Below are positions 38,901-46,932 of a DNA stretch of 64,000 nt, piece after piece. Source of the stretch: Minisyncoccota bacterium (GTDB taxonomy: Bacteria > Patescibacteriota > Minisyncoccia > Phycocordibacterales > Phycocordibacteraceae); contig DASPLI010000001.1 in assembly GCA_035627655.1 (NCBI GenBank), positions 24,265-88,264 of the forward strand, in the 5' to 3' direction. How positions within the stretch are numbered: position 1 is the first letter of the stretch; every line of letters begins with the position of its first letter. The translations under genes were made by a program, and so were the position numbers. A model generated the notes under the pieces. The model was given only the letters and a program-made list of their open reading frames with translations, did no database searches and was not told where the DNA came from.

Positions 38901-41900
38901 TGTTCGCGCTCCCTTGCGTCGTGTTGCCAAGCCAGAGATCGTCGCCTGCGCCGGAAGTGAAAATGTCTTGGTTCGCACGAATGTCGCCGCCAGTGAGGTT
39001 TGACGAGACGGTGAGATTAGTTGCATTTACCGTTCCCGTGAACGTGGGTCCTGCCGAGAATACGAGAGAGCCTGTGCCGGTTTCGTCTGTTACCGCACTC
39101 GCGAGGTTTGCGGACGAGGGCGTTTCAAGGAATGCCGCGACGCCAGTCCCAAGACCCGAGACGCCGGTCGAGATCGGAAGGCCAGTAGCATCTGCGAGGT
39201 TGAAGGCGGGGGTAGCGTCGCTCCCGCCAAGAGAGAGCGTCACACCGCCATAAGAAATGGTCGAATTGGTCAAACCGGCGTTATCCAGCGTACCCGACAA
39301 GGACGGGGCAAAAGTCAGCGTATCTCCGGAACCAGTGATCGTAAGCCCGGTCGTGAGGCCGTTGAAAGAACCAGTTGAGGTTGCGAACGTCACTGTCGGA
39401 CCGTCCGCTGTCTGCCCAGCCGGGCCGATTGCCGTGATCGCACTCGTCACGATACCGAGTGACGAGGTCGCGATATCTGTCCAAGCACTACCATTCCAAT
39501 AGAGAAGGTCGCCGAAGTTCTTCGTCATTGTCGCGACGTCAGACAGGTCTTCTAGCGAGTTGTTGGTTAGGTCATCATCAGCAAGTGTGCCGTCGTTATT
39601 AGTGAAAACGTTGGTTACGTCTGCAAGCAGCGCTTCGAGTTCGGATTCGGAGTCGGCTTCACTCTCAAGCAGGAAAGTGGACGAAGCGGTCCACGTCGGT
39701 ACGCCATTGAGGAGTGCGAGTATATTCCCTGCAGTTCCCGCCGTCGTCGTTGCAAGCGCGCCGGTACCATTGCCGTAGAGAAGCGTGCCCGACTGTATAG
39801 ATCCCCATCCAGTACCTCCGTTCGATACGGAGAGCACTCCAGACACTTCTGACGCCAAATCAATGGTAGTTCCAAGTGTGGTCGTAAGCGTAGAACCCGA
39901 GAGTGCGAGTCCAGTTCCGACAAAGTCAGTGATGAAATCGCCGCCGATTGAAAGCCGAGAGAGCGAGAGGTTTGGCAGTGTGGAGGTCGCCGTTGTTGAT
40001 GTTGCAGTATATATAGGAGCGTTTATACCGCCATAGACGGTCGTGAGTCCGTTGATTATGGCGTTGCCAGCAACCGAGAGAAGCGCGCCAGGGCTGGTAG
40101 TACCGATACCGACAACGTTTGAGAAGTATGAGCGACCAAATACTTCTAGAATGCTGTTGGACGTCGTGGTTGCGCTATTGCCAACGATCACGACATTGGT
40201 TGTATCTGTCGGGTAAATCGCGAGACTGTCGGATGTCGTTGCCCAAGCCCCTGCACCACCTCCACCACCAGAGGTAAGGTCACTACCCCAGGCAGGCAGA
40301 CCACCAGAAACCTTCAGCACTTGTCCTGCGCTCCCGATTCCCAACTTTGCTAGGTTTCCGCCTGCATCTGCATACAGAATGTCTCCTTGCGTATAGCTAG
40401 TAAGACCGGTGCCTCCCTGACCTACACCCAGAGTCCCGCTCGTATCAGAAAGCGCGACGCCGAGCGTTGACGTTGCTCGCGACTCCCAGGTACTTCCTGT
40501 CCAAGAAAGAATGTTCCCGTATGCAGTGCCTCCAATATGCGGAATGGTTGAGGACCCACTAATATACGAACCGACCGCTGAGTTGAAATCAGAAATCGTA
40601 GAGGCAAGCTGCGTTCCGGTGTGATTTGCGCGCGCAAGATAGTAGCTTCCCTCTTGCCCATCAAGCGTTCCGGTCCAGTCTCCTGTCGCGTTCAATGTAA
40701 GAATGCCGCCGCTATTTTGGAGACCGGCGCCGGTAAGGTCGGTAAAGGTTTCCGAGTTGATACCGAGCGCCGTTGTCGTAGCGTTCGTCGTCGAGGCATT
40801 TGTCGCAAAGAGCGAGCTGAATATATTGTGCGCGCCCCAGGTATTAGCCGTGGTGGTGCCAAACGCAAGAGAGATGGTATTGCTTGAGCGAATGAGTGGA
40901 TACGTAAACGATAAGACGTTTTCGTAATCCGTTCCTGCAACAGCAGTAGACACTACCCCAGACGCCGCTTTCAAGATGCCGGTAAAGGTTCCTACGGATA
41001 GGTTGCCGAAGAAACCTGATGTTGACGACGCGTATGAGGAGGAGAAATTAGTGGTAGACGCATTGGTTACAGTAAGACGATCATTGGTTGCGTCATATGT
41101 AAACCCAGAATCTCCTGCAAAAAGACCGCCGTTATTGAACTGCACTTGTGTGTTCGCGCCGCCTGGAGAACCAGAGCCAGCACCAATACCAAGTGATGAG
41201 GTTGCAAGCAGTGTGTATCCGCCAAGACCATCTCCAACAAGCAGCTCTCCGTACGCAGGAGCGGTTGTAACGCCAGTACCGCCGTTTGCGATACCGAGCG
41301 TTCCGCCGAGAGTAAACGTTCCCGTAGATGTCACTGGACCCCCCGTAAACGTAAACCCAGTGGTGCCACCAGAAATATCTACCGAGGTGACAGATCCTGA
41401 GCCACCACCACCGGAAGAGTCGTTGCTCTCGTCGATGCTGTCATATATATCGTTTGAGACCTGTCGGCGCAGCTGAGCGAGTCGCAGCTCAAGATAGTCA
41501 AACGATACTCCCGTGAAGGTGAGGTAGTTGTTTACGTTTGTAATTGCAGGCGCGGATGAAGTCACTGCAACAGGTGCTGGAGATGAGACAGTGGTTGAGT
41601 TATTTGGAGCAGGCAGAACAGACGGCGGAGTAGAAGGAGGAAGAACAGTAATCTGTGTAGGAGTAAACAGTGAAGCAATAGCGGTGCCTGCTCCTTCAAA
41701 GAGGCCATTTATATATAGGTATGTATTCAGTGCGAGCTGCTCGCCCATTTGCTGCAGAGATCCGGCGAAGCCAGAGGAGTTTGCAGCTGCTAGTGCCACT
41801 TCTAGATTTGGAGAATCTTCAGCAATCTCACTCTCAAGAATGGTGAGCGACTCGGGAACGTCTCGATTGGTTGTCGTTGATTGGTTTTCGGAAGTACTTG

Positions 41901-43074
41901 CCCCTTGTACCTTAGAACCGCTGGCAATTACGGACGCGACAAGGTTGGGCGGTAAGATGCCCGAGAACGTGAGTTCTTGCTCCATAACCTTAGCCCCTGT
42001 GCCAGAGGCAATGGAGTAAGACGAGTTCGAAACCGGAGGCTTATCCAAAGCTTCTACAACAACCACTTCCTCTGGAGCTGCGAGGAGCGTTGCAACACTT
42101 GCAAGATTCTCATTGCCAATCGCAAGACGCGCAGAGAATGCATCAGCAAAACGTGTGCGTGTAGTTTCGTATGTAAGCGCAGCGTTACCAACTAGCGCAA
42201 GCGCTTTGTCTTCAACAACATCACCAATCAGTACGCCGAGTGCAATTTGCCGTTCCGACTCAGCCTCAACCAAACTTGATGTTCTGTTCACCCAAGCCTC
42301 GACACCTTTATTATATGAATATGCAATTTGTGTTGGTGCGCTGTTAGTAATCTGCATTGCGCCGTCACCAAGGCCGTACAAAGCCGCAAGCGAATACCCC
42401 ATTACCTCATTAGTAAACGAGCTCCAGACAGCAAATAGATTTCCTGCCGGAGTGCTGTTTGCTAAATCGCGTGTAGCAACCCCAACGACAAGCACTGCGT
42501 CTCCGGTTGTATACACCTGCTCAAGATATTCCTGTAGGCCAGCATCAAGGACATGGAGGTATTCTTCCCCAATAAGTCGATAGGTAGTATCAAGCGACGA
42601 TGCCAATACTCTTCCAGAATTGAGAGCAAGGGCACTCTGGTCAGCGCCGATTTCTCTAATATTTGCAACGATAAAATTCGAGGACGACTCAATGACTTTT
42701 GTTTGTCCGATGAGTAGTCCCCCCGTAACTATAAGAATTGCACTCAGAGCTGCAGTTGCCTGTGAAGGTGCGAAGTACGGTGAAGGAACACTTCGAGATT
42801 TCTTTGCACTAACTGTCGGCTTACTTACAACCTGTGCAGCTCGATATTCTTTTTCGCGAAGGCGCGAAAGTTCTTGAGCGTTTTTCTTCTTTTGTAGATC
42901 TTGGTTGGCGACAAATCTAAGAAGTGAGGCACGATTTATTAACCAAGTCCTTCCAACTCTTGTTCCGTTGATTGCACCGGTACGACAAAGACGTGCAAGG
43001 TAGTCTGAATGGTACCCAGAAAGCTCTGATGCTTCTTTGCTCGATATATATTTTTTATCAAGGAGAGGGTCCAT
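35965..43074 (-). CDS. Giant protein of 2369 aa. An N-terminal excisionase/HTH_17-like module and a single TM helix are followed by a huge repetitive Gly/Thr/Ser-rich beta-type ectodomain.
   Basis: The N-terminus KKYISSKEASELSGYHSDYLARLCRTGAINGTRVGRTWLINRASLLRFV follows the HTH_17 pattern (hydrophobic-x-x-x-E-A-A-E-L-x-G-x-S-x-x-x-hydrophobic-x-x-L-x-x-x-G-x-hyd-x-x-x-x-hyd-G-R-x-W-x-hyd). Residues ~105-125 form a TM helix (AALSAILIVTGGLLIGQT). The remaining >2200 aa are low in charged residues and rich in G, T, S, A and N. A G(N/S)(V/I)GIGTT(S/T)P motif recurs. A NGGTG motif and tandem duplicated blocks are present. Confidence 0.75.
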   Translation of the reverse strand: MDPLLDKKYISSKEASELSGYHSDYLARLCRTGAINGTRVGRTWLINRASLLRFVANQDLQKKKNAQELSRLREKEYRAAQVVSKPTVSAKKSRSVPSPYFAPSQATAALSAILIVTGGLLIGQTKVIESSSNFIVANIREIGADQSALALNSGRVLASSLDTTYRLIGEEYLHVLDAGLQEYLEQVYTTGDAVLVVGVATRDLANSTPAGNLFAVWSSFTNEVMGYSLAALYGLGDGAMQITNSAPTQIAYSYNKGVEAWVNRTSSLVEAESERQIALGVLIGDVVEDKALALVGNAALTYETTRTRFADAFSARLAIGNENLASVATLLAAPEEVVVVEALDKPPVSNSSYSIASGTGAKVMEQELTFSGILPPNLVASVIASGSKVQGASTSENQSTTTNRDVPESLTILESEIAEDSPNLEVALAAANSSGFAGSLQQMGEQLALNTYLYINGLFEGAGTAIASLFTPTQITVLPPSTPPSVLPAPNNSTTVSSPAPVAVTSSAPAITNVNNYLTFTGVSFDYLELRLAQLRRQVSNDIYDSIDESNDSSGGGGSGSVTSVDISGGTTGFTFTGGPVTSTGTFTLGGTLGIANGGTGVTTAPAYGELLVGDGLGGYTLLATSSLGIGAGSGSPGGANTQVQFNNGGLFAGDSGFTYDATNDRLTVTNASTTNFSSSYASSTSGFFGNLSVGTFTGILKAASGVVSTAVAGTDYENVLSFTYPLIRSSNTISLAFGTTTANTWGAHNIFSSLFATNASTTNATTTALGINSETFTDLTGAGLQNSGGILTLNATGDWTGTLDGQEGSYYLARANHTGTQLASTISDFNSAVGSYISGSSTIPHIGGTAYGNILSWTGSTWESRATSTLGVALSDTSGTLGVGQGGTGLTSYTQGDILYADAGGNLAKLGIGSAGQVLKVSGGLPAWGSDLTSGGGGGAGAWATTSDSLAIYPTDTTNVVIVGNSATTTSNSILEVFGRSYFSNVVGIGTTSPGALLSVAGNAIINGLTTVYGGINAPIYTATSTTATSTLPNLSLSRLSIGGDFITDFVGTGLALSGSTLTTTLGTTIDLASEVSGVLSVSNGGTGWGSIQSGTLLYGNGTGALATTTAGTAGNILALLNGVPTWTASSTFLLESEADSESELEALLADVTNVFTNNDGTLADDDLTNNSLEDLSDVATMTKNFGDLLYWNGSAWTDIATSSLGIVTSAITAIGPAGQTADGPTVTFATSTGSFNGLTTGLTITGSGDTLTFAPSLSGTLDNAGLTNSTISYGGVTLSLGGSDATPAFNLADATGLPISTGVSGLGTGVAAFLETPSSANLASAVTDETGTGSLVFSAGPTFTGTVNATNLTVSSNLTGGDIRANQDIFTSGAGDDLWLGNTTQGSANIQLYASGLGYFSGNVGIGTTSPYAPLSVVGQAVAEYFTATSMAATSTLPNASIMNFSIGDDYFTDLVGTGLALSGSTLTTTLGIAVDLASEVTGILPVGNGGTGWAAVQSGALLYGNGSSALATTSAGTAGNILALLNGVPTWTASSTFLLEAETDTESELEALLTDVTNVFTNNDGALADDDLTNNSIEDLSDVAAMTENYGDLLYWNGSAWADIATSSLGLLTNAVTAIGPTGQTADGPTVTFATSTGSFNGLTTAITIAGSGDTLTFTPSLSGTLTVAGGGTGAASFTDNRILTGNGTSALSAEANLTFDGSLLTVTGNASTTQLTTTESTYLATTGGNVGIGTTTPSTKLDVNGYVMIEGQNRLVFEQYTSTTNHGPWIAYSSSNDSLDIVSGFNPNTNGLGNGGGIRFGIASGATWAARMVLDPNGYLGIGTTTPGSLLSLNGIANFTTATTTFYSTGGINLAAGCFAIGGTCVGGGSGSGTVGSGTTGQFPYYAANGTTLTATSSLFMATSGNIGIGTTTPEAKVQITDGSLEIANSLGGDFGIILADILGARADTDYWLGLVTENDGDDDDLFQIGDGTTIGSNPFLTINTSGSVGIGTTSPATLLSVGGSGYLTGGLGVGMLNTTTGTIQASSDIYASGTYYYGDAKTVIQYDDSWLRLNPTGAFTSGIYTGGGIVRMDGTLQIGASGATLSVASGGDLTLGAGIQLDFADEVADKIYLFSNSYGVGIESGSLTNWSGGQYRWRIGGTSASGGTEYMSLTNVGLGLSTSTPSRKLSLTDAVSTAQVAIAYDGTRYTQFLTDTNGDFNLDPSGNDVILGNENLWVCSGGCSGTPAGVGNIIADTAIGVGTSTPWAGLSVASGSAIVAAENTLATSTSMTIDWRNGNQQLVRLGTSATTISFSGYIQGQKLVLTVCNPGATAGAISWSTQILWPGGTAPTQTTTANKCDIWSFVATQATSTLKIFGAQTANF
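38040..38766 (-). repeat. Intragenic tandem duplication, copy 2 (~245 aa, near-identical to copy 1).
   Basis: The protein block ATSTLPNASIMNFSIGDDYFTDLVGTGLALSGSTLTTTLG...GPTVTFATSTGSFNGLTT...TLTFTPSLSGTL repeats copy 1 at ~90% identity. The plus-strand shadow ORFs 37910..38299 and 39257..39502 share VSVSPEP..VRPL.EPVEVA.VTVGPSAVCP at an offset of 1218 nt. Coordinates are approximate. Confidence 0.55.
39258..39984 (-). repeat. Intragenic tandem duplication, copy 1.
   Basis: ATSTLPNLSLSRLSIGGDFITDFVGTGLALSGSTLTTTLG...GPTVTFATSTGSFNGLTT...TLTFAPSLSGTL, offset 1218 nt (406 aa) from copy 2. Coordinates are approximate. Confidence 0.55.
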
Positions 43075-43432
43075 GTCGGATAACCGAAGTAATTAGATTC
43101 TACAATCTAAAATCGTGATTCATATAAAAAATATTTGTGGATAGTGAATGAAATAAATTTAAAAGATTTACAACGTCTTGTATGAATCAAAGAATTAATT
43201 CTTGATGGGGTTATGCTTTTCGCAAGTTGCAAGAAAGTGCCTCTAGATTTGAAGTAAAAAGTTAGCGAATTAGTTGTTTAGATATGTTCTCTCTCGGTAA
43301 ACGAAAAAGCTAAAATATAAAACATATTTCATCTCGCCAAAAAGAGAGTACGTGATGCAAATGTCGAAGAAAAGCTATACCGAGGTTCAATGCTTGCGTT
43401 TTTGACCGTTGAACTCAGCACTGTATGCAAAA

Positions 43433-43467
43433 AAATCTCGTCCTGAAACGAGATTCTTTTTTATACG
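43433..43467. terminator. Bidirectional rho-independent terminator downstream of the 43493..44320 gene.
   Basis: aaaaaa-atctcgt-cctgaa-acgagat-tctttttt: a hairpin flanked by an A-run and a T-run. Confidence 0.5.
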
Positions 43468-43492
43468 AGACGAGAAACGCTTTATTTACTTA

Positions 43493-44320
43493 TTATTCTA
43501 TATGACTTACCCCACCAAAGAAGTTCAACAAGACGGCCGCACCACCTCCTTCGTTAGTAAAGCGGTCGGCAAGCCCAGAACCTATGACAGCAACACTAAC
43601 GAAGATAAGCATTGCACTCAGGAGCGCCGCTTTCATGACAAGGTTGCTCTCTTGTGGAGTCCTTCTCTGACCATAAGGAGAACGTGCAGCCGCCTGCGGG
43701 GCCGCTTGTACCTGTTTAGGCTGCATATCCTGAATAATGTGGAGTGGCACCGCCTTCTCTTCCTTAGCCGGTTCTGAATCGATAACCTGCTCAGTTTTAT
43801 CCTTCGCCACCTCCTCCTCTTTTACTTCTTCAACTCCATCTTCAAGAGGCAGCTCCTGTGCGTCAGCAGGTTTAGAAAACCAGCTCTCCCACTCTTTGTT
43901 TTCTTCTTCATGTTTCTCTCCCACAACATCTTCAGTTGTAGGTGATACAGAGACCTCTTCGACTTCTTCCGTTGTACTTTCTGTAACCTCCTCCAATACC
44001 TGCTCCTCCTCTCTTAGTTGAGGAAGCGGAGCAATTTCTTCAGGGGTGTAAATCGGTGCTTCCCATGTGGCTTCAATATTAGTTTTTTCGGTTATGTCTT
44101 CCTCTTTGGTTTCTACAATCTCGTCTTCACGAGCCCCCTCTTCGTCAAACCGATGCTTACGTAGGGACGGCTCGTGAACATACCAACTCCTTCCAATGAG
44201 ACGAGCTTCTACTCGCCCCTCTCGGCACAATTGGCCAATGTAGTCTTTAGCGTAGCCAGCAATTGCAGCAGCACGCTTTGACGAGATGTAAGTCTTTCCG
44301 TCGATTGTTATTTCGTCCAT
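43493..44320 (-). CDS. Paralog of the giant protein's N-terminal module. It has an HTH_17-like N-terminus, a long poly-acidic Glu-rich linker, a single C-proximal TM helix and a short tail.
   Basis: KTYISSKRAAAIAGYAKDYIGQLCREGRVEARLIGRSWYVHEPSL aligns with residues 8-55 of the giant protein (YISSK.A....GY..DY...LCR.G......GR.W......L). Residues ~60-200 are ~35% Glu/Asp. The TM helix is AALLSAMLIFVSVAVIGSGL. Confidence 0.6.
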   Translation of the reverse strand: MDEITIDGKTYISSKRAAAIAGYAKDYIGQLCREGRVEARLIGRSWYVHEPSLRKHRFDEEGAREDEIVETKEEDITEKTNIEATWEAPIYTPEEIAPLPQLREEEQVLEEVTESTTEEVEEVSVSPTTEDVVGEKHEEENKEWESWFSKPADAQELPLEDGVEEVKEEEVAKDKTEQVIDSEPAKEEKAVPLHIIQDMQPKQVQAAPQAAARSPYGQRRTPQESNLVMKAALLSAMLIFVSVAVIGSGLADRFTNEGGGAAVLLNFFGGVSHIE

Positions 44321-44409
44321 TGGCTAGAATTATAGCCGTTTTTAATCTCGGATAAAAGAGGTATGCACAGAATCTCTGGGTTCTGTGCATATACAAGGTT
44401 ATTTGGCTC

Positions 44410-45825
44410 TTATTTGGCTACCTCTTCGAGAATAAGCTCTTGAAGTAACGCAGGGTTCCCAGCACCCTTAGTGACCTTCATAGCCTGACCTACTAGGTAT
44501 TTGAGAGCTACCTCTTTCCCCTTTCGGTAATCCTCTACAACACCTGCCTGCTCTTGCAGCATTTCCTGCACGATAGGACGTAGAGACTCCCGATCACTGA
44601 CCTGGGCTAGACCTCGGGCTTCAACTACAGCCTCTGGCGTCCCCCCCTCTTGTGCAAGAACGAGAAGTGCATCTTTTGCTCCACGTGAGGAGAGTTTATT
44701 CTCGGCCAACATGCGTACGAGTCCTGCGAGTGCTTCGGGAGAGATTTTCTCGTACTCAGACGTGCCGCTCTTGGCGTAGTAGCCAGCGAGATCTGAAGTG
44801 ATGTAGTTTGCCGCAAGCTGAGCAAGACGTTCACTGTTCTCAAGCACACGAAGCACAGCATCGAAGAAGTTGCTGCGAACTATTGAACTACCGAGAAAAA
44901 GAGAATCTTCTCGTTTGATTCCGAGTGCCTCATACCGAGCACGGCGTTCCCACGGCAACTCCGGCAATGAGGCTCGCAGTTCTTCTGCTGAGAATTCGGG
45001 TATTTCTGACAGTTTCATTTTCGGTAGGTCAGGTTCCGGGAAATACCGATAATCTGCACTACCCTCTTTAAAGCGTTGGTGGAACGTTTCTTGTTTTGCC
45101 TCATTCCAGCCACGCGTCTCTTGCACTACCGCCCCACCAGAACGCAGGAGTTCCGCTTGGCGCTTAACCTCGTACTCGATCGCTCGTTCAACAGAACGGA
45201 AGGAGTTAAGATTCTTGACTTCAACTTTCGTTCCAAATGAGTCTGTATTAGAAACAGATATGTTTGCTTCAATGCGCATCTCTCCTTTTTCAAGATTTGC
45301 ATCAGATACGCCAAGAGTACGAAGGAGAAGCTGCAACTCACGCGCAAAGTCACCTGCAGTCTTTGCATCATGTATAACAGGCTCTGTAACAAGTTCCATG
45401 AGCGGTACACCTGCACGATTGAAATCAACGAGTGACTTACCGCCGTGGTGGGTTGATCGGGCAGTGTCTTCTTCCAAGTGCACGCGAGTAATCGCTACAT
45501 CATTGAGTAACCCGCCACTCACCAGCGGATGCTGATACTGACTAATCTGATATCCCTTTGGAATATCAGGATAGAAGTAGCTCTTACGATCAAATTCACT
45601 GTAGTCTGCAAGTGTACCGCCAAGCGCAGTTCCCACTCGCAGCACGTGCCGCACCGCTTCCTTATTGATTGTAGGAAGTGTTCCGGGGTGCGCCAAGCAG
45701 GTCGGGCAAATATGTACGTTTGGTTCTTTTTCGTCCGGATCATTCCGAGACTCGCAGAACATTTTGGCCTTCGTCTTGAGTTCCGCATGGATCTCAAGCC
45801 CTATGGTCGGGACGTACTCCTTCAT
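44410..45825 (-). CDS. gatB: Aspartyl/glutamyl-tRNA(Asn/Gln) amidotransferase subunit B.
   Basis: YVPTIGLEIHAELKTKAKMFC...NVHICPTCLAHPGTLPTINKEAV and the C-terminal GatB/YqeY domain. Confidence 0.9.
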   Translation of the reverse strand: MKEYVPTIGLEIHAELKTKAKMFCESRNDPDEKEPNVHICPTCLAHPGTLPTINKEAVRHVLRVGTALGGTLADYSEFDRKSYFYPDIPKGYQISQYQHPLVSGGLLNDVAITRVHLEEDTARSTHHGGKSLVDFNRAGVPLMELVTEPVIHDAKTAGDFARELQLLLRTLGVSDANLEKGEMRIEANISVSNTDSFGTKVEVKNLNSFRSVERAIEYEVKRQAELLRSGGAVVQETRGWNEAKQETFHQRFKEGSADYRYFPEPDLPKMKLSEIPEFSAEELRASLPELPWERRARYEALGIKREDSLFLGSSIVRSNFFDAVLRVLENSERLAQLAANYITSDLAGYYAKSGTSEYEKISPEALAGLVRMLAENKLSSRGAKDALLVLAQEGGTPEAVVEARGLAQVSDRESLRPIVQEMLQEQAGVVEDYRKGKEVALKYLVGQAMKVTKGAGNPALLQELILEEVAK

Positions 45826-45857
45826 GGAGCTGAGTGTACACTAGTGCGTCCTGGAGG

Positions 45858-46841
45858 CTAGGCCTTGGAAGCGTTGCGAAGCGCCTGACTCAGGCTGTCG
45901 GAGAAGCTCTTGAGGAGTTCAGGATCAGAAACAGATAGTGGCACAACCTCCTTCCCCGCCACCGTTGAAAGGGTCTCTAAGGCGCGTTTTTTCTCTTCTT
46001 CAGATAAAAGATCGGCCTTTGAAAGAACCACGATCTCCGGCTTTTCTGAGAGACCTTGTCCAAACGCGGCCAACTCTTCTCGTATCCCACGATAAGCTGC
46101 AGCAAGGTCTTCTTGTTCTGCCGAGACGAGATGTACAAGTAGTCCGGTGCGTTCTATGTGTCGCAAAAACTTCGAACCAAGCCCTCGTCCTGCCGAGGCA
46201 CCCTCGATAAGCCCAGGAATATCAGCAAGAAGGTATCCGTAGAAATCTCCCAGGTGCGGATCAAGGGTTGTAAAGGGGTAGGCACCAACTTTCGAGCGGG
46301 CACGCGTCAGCGCGTTCAAAAGGGACGATTTGCCGGCATTAGGATACCCAATGAGACCCGCGTCAGCGATCAGTTTTAGGACAATTTCGATATCCCCAAC
46401 CTCCCCCGGCTTTCCTGGTGTGGACTGGAATGGATTCTGATTTGTAGAGCTTTTAAAGTGGGCGTTTCCGTAACCACCAGGACCACCCTTAAAGATCACT
46501 ATCCGCTGACCTTCCTCCAGGACTTCGAAGGTTTCGCCGGTGGTGACAATGCGCGCAACCGTTCCTACGGGTACGCGAATGACGATAGGGGGCGCATCTT
46601 TACCGTGCTTGTTGTTTCCACCGCCCGGCTTACCATTCTCTGCGCGGAACTTTTTCTCGTATCGATATGTGGCAAGTGCAGCCAAGTCGCGAACCCCTTC
46701 AAGGACAATATCGCCACCACGCCCACCGTCACCACCACAGGGACCACCCTTTGCTGTTTCCTTTACCCGTAGCCAACGAATAACGCCAGGACCCCCATGT
46801 CCCGCCTGCGCATGCACCCGAAGCTCGTCGACAAATGCCAT
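45858..46841 (-). CDS. obg: GTPase Obg.
   Basis: MAFVDELRVHAQAGHGGPG...GGDGGRGGDIVL is the Obg fold. The GTPase motifs are GYPNAGKSSLL and DIPGLIEGA. Confidence 0.9.
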   Translation of the reverse strand: MAFVDELRVHAQAGHGGPGVIRWLRVKETAKGGPCGGDGGRGGDIVLEGVRDLAALATYRYEKKFRAENGKPGGGNNKHGKDAPPIVIRVPVGTVARIVTTGETFEVLEEGQRIVIFKGGPGGYGNAHFKSSTNQNPFQSTPGKPGEVGDIEIVLKLIADAGLIGYPNAGKSSLLNALTRARSKVGAYPFTTLDPHLGDFYGYLLADIPGLIEGASAGRGLGSKFLRHIERTGLLVHLVSAEQEDLAAAYRGIREELAAFGQGLSEKPEIVVLSKADLLSEEEKKRALETLSTVAGKEVVPLSVSDPELLKSFSDSLSQALRNASKA

Positions 46842-46932
46842 ATCCTCACCCTACCAGAAAACTCTGAGAAAATCCTGAATTCGGTTGTTTTAGCCAAATA
46901 GCTAAAACTTCCGTTTCTACCTAGAGAAATGT

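Noticed and set aside
36200-42877. About 20 plus-strand and alternative-frame ORFs inside the giant gene.
   Set aside because: All lie within the single uninterrupted 7.1 kb minus-strand ORF. Their low-complexity translations are frame or strand shadows of its repeats.
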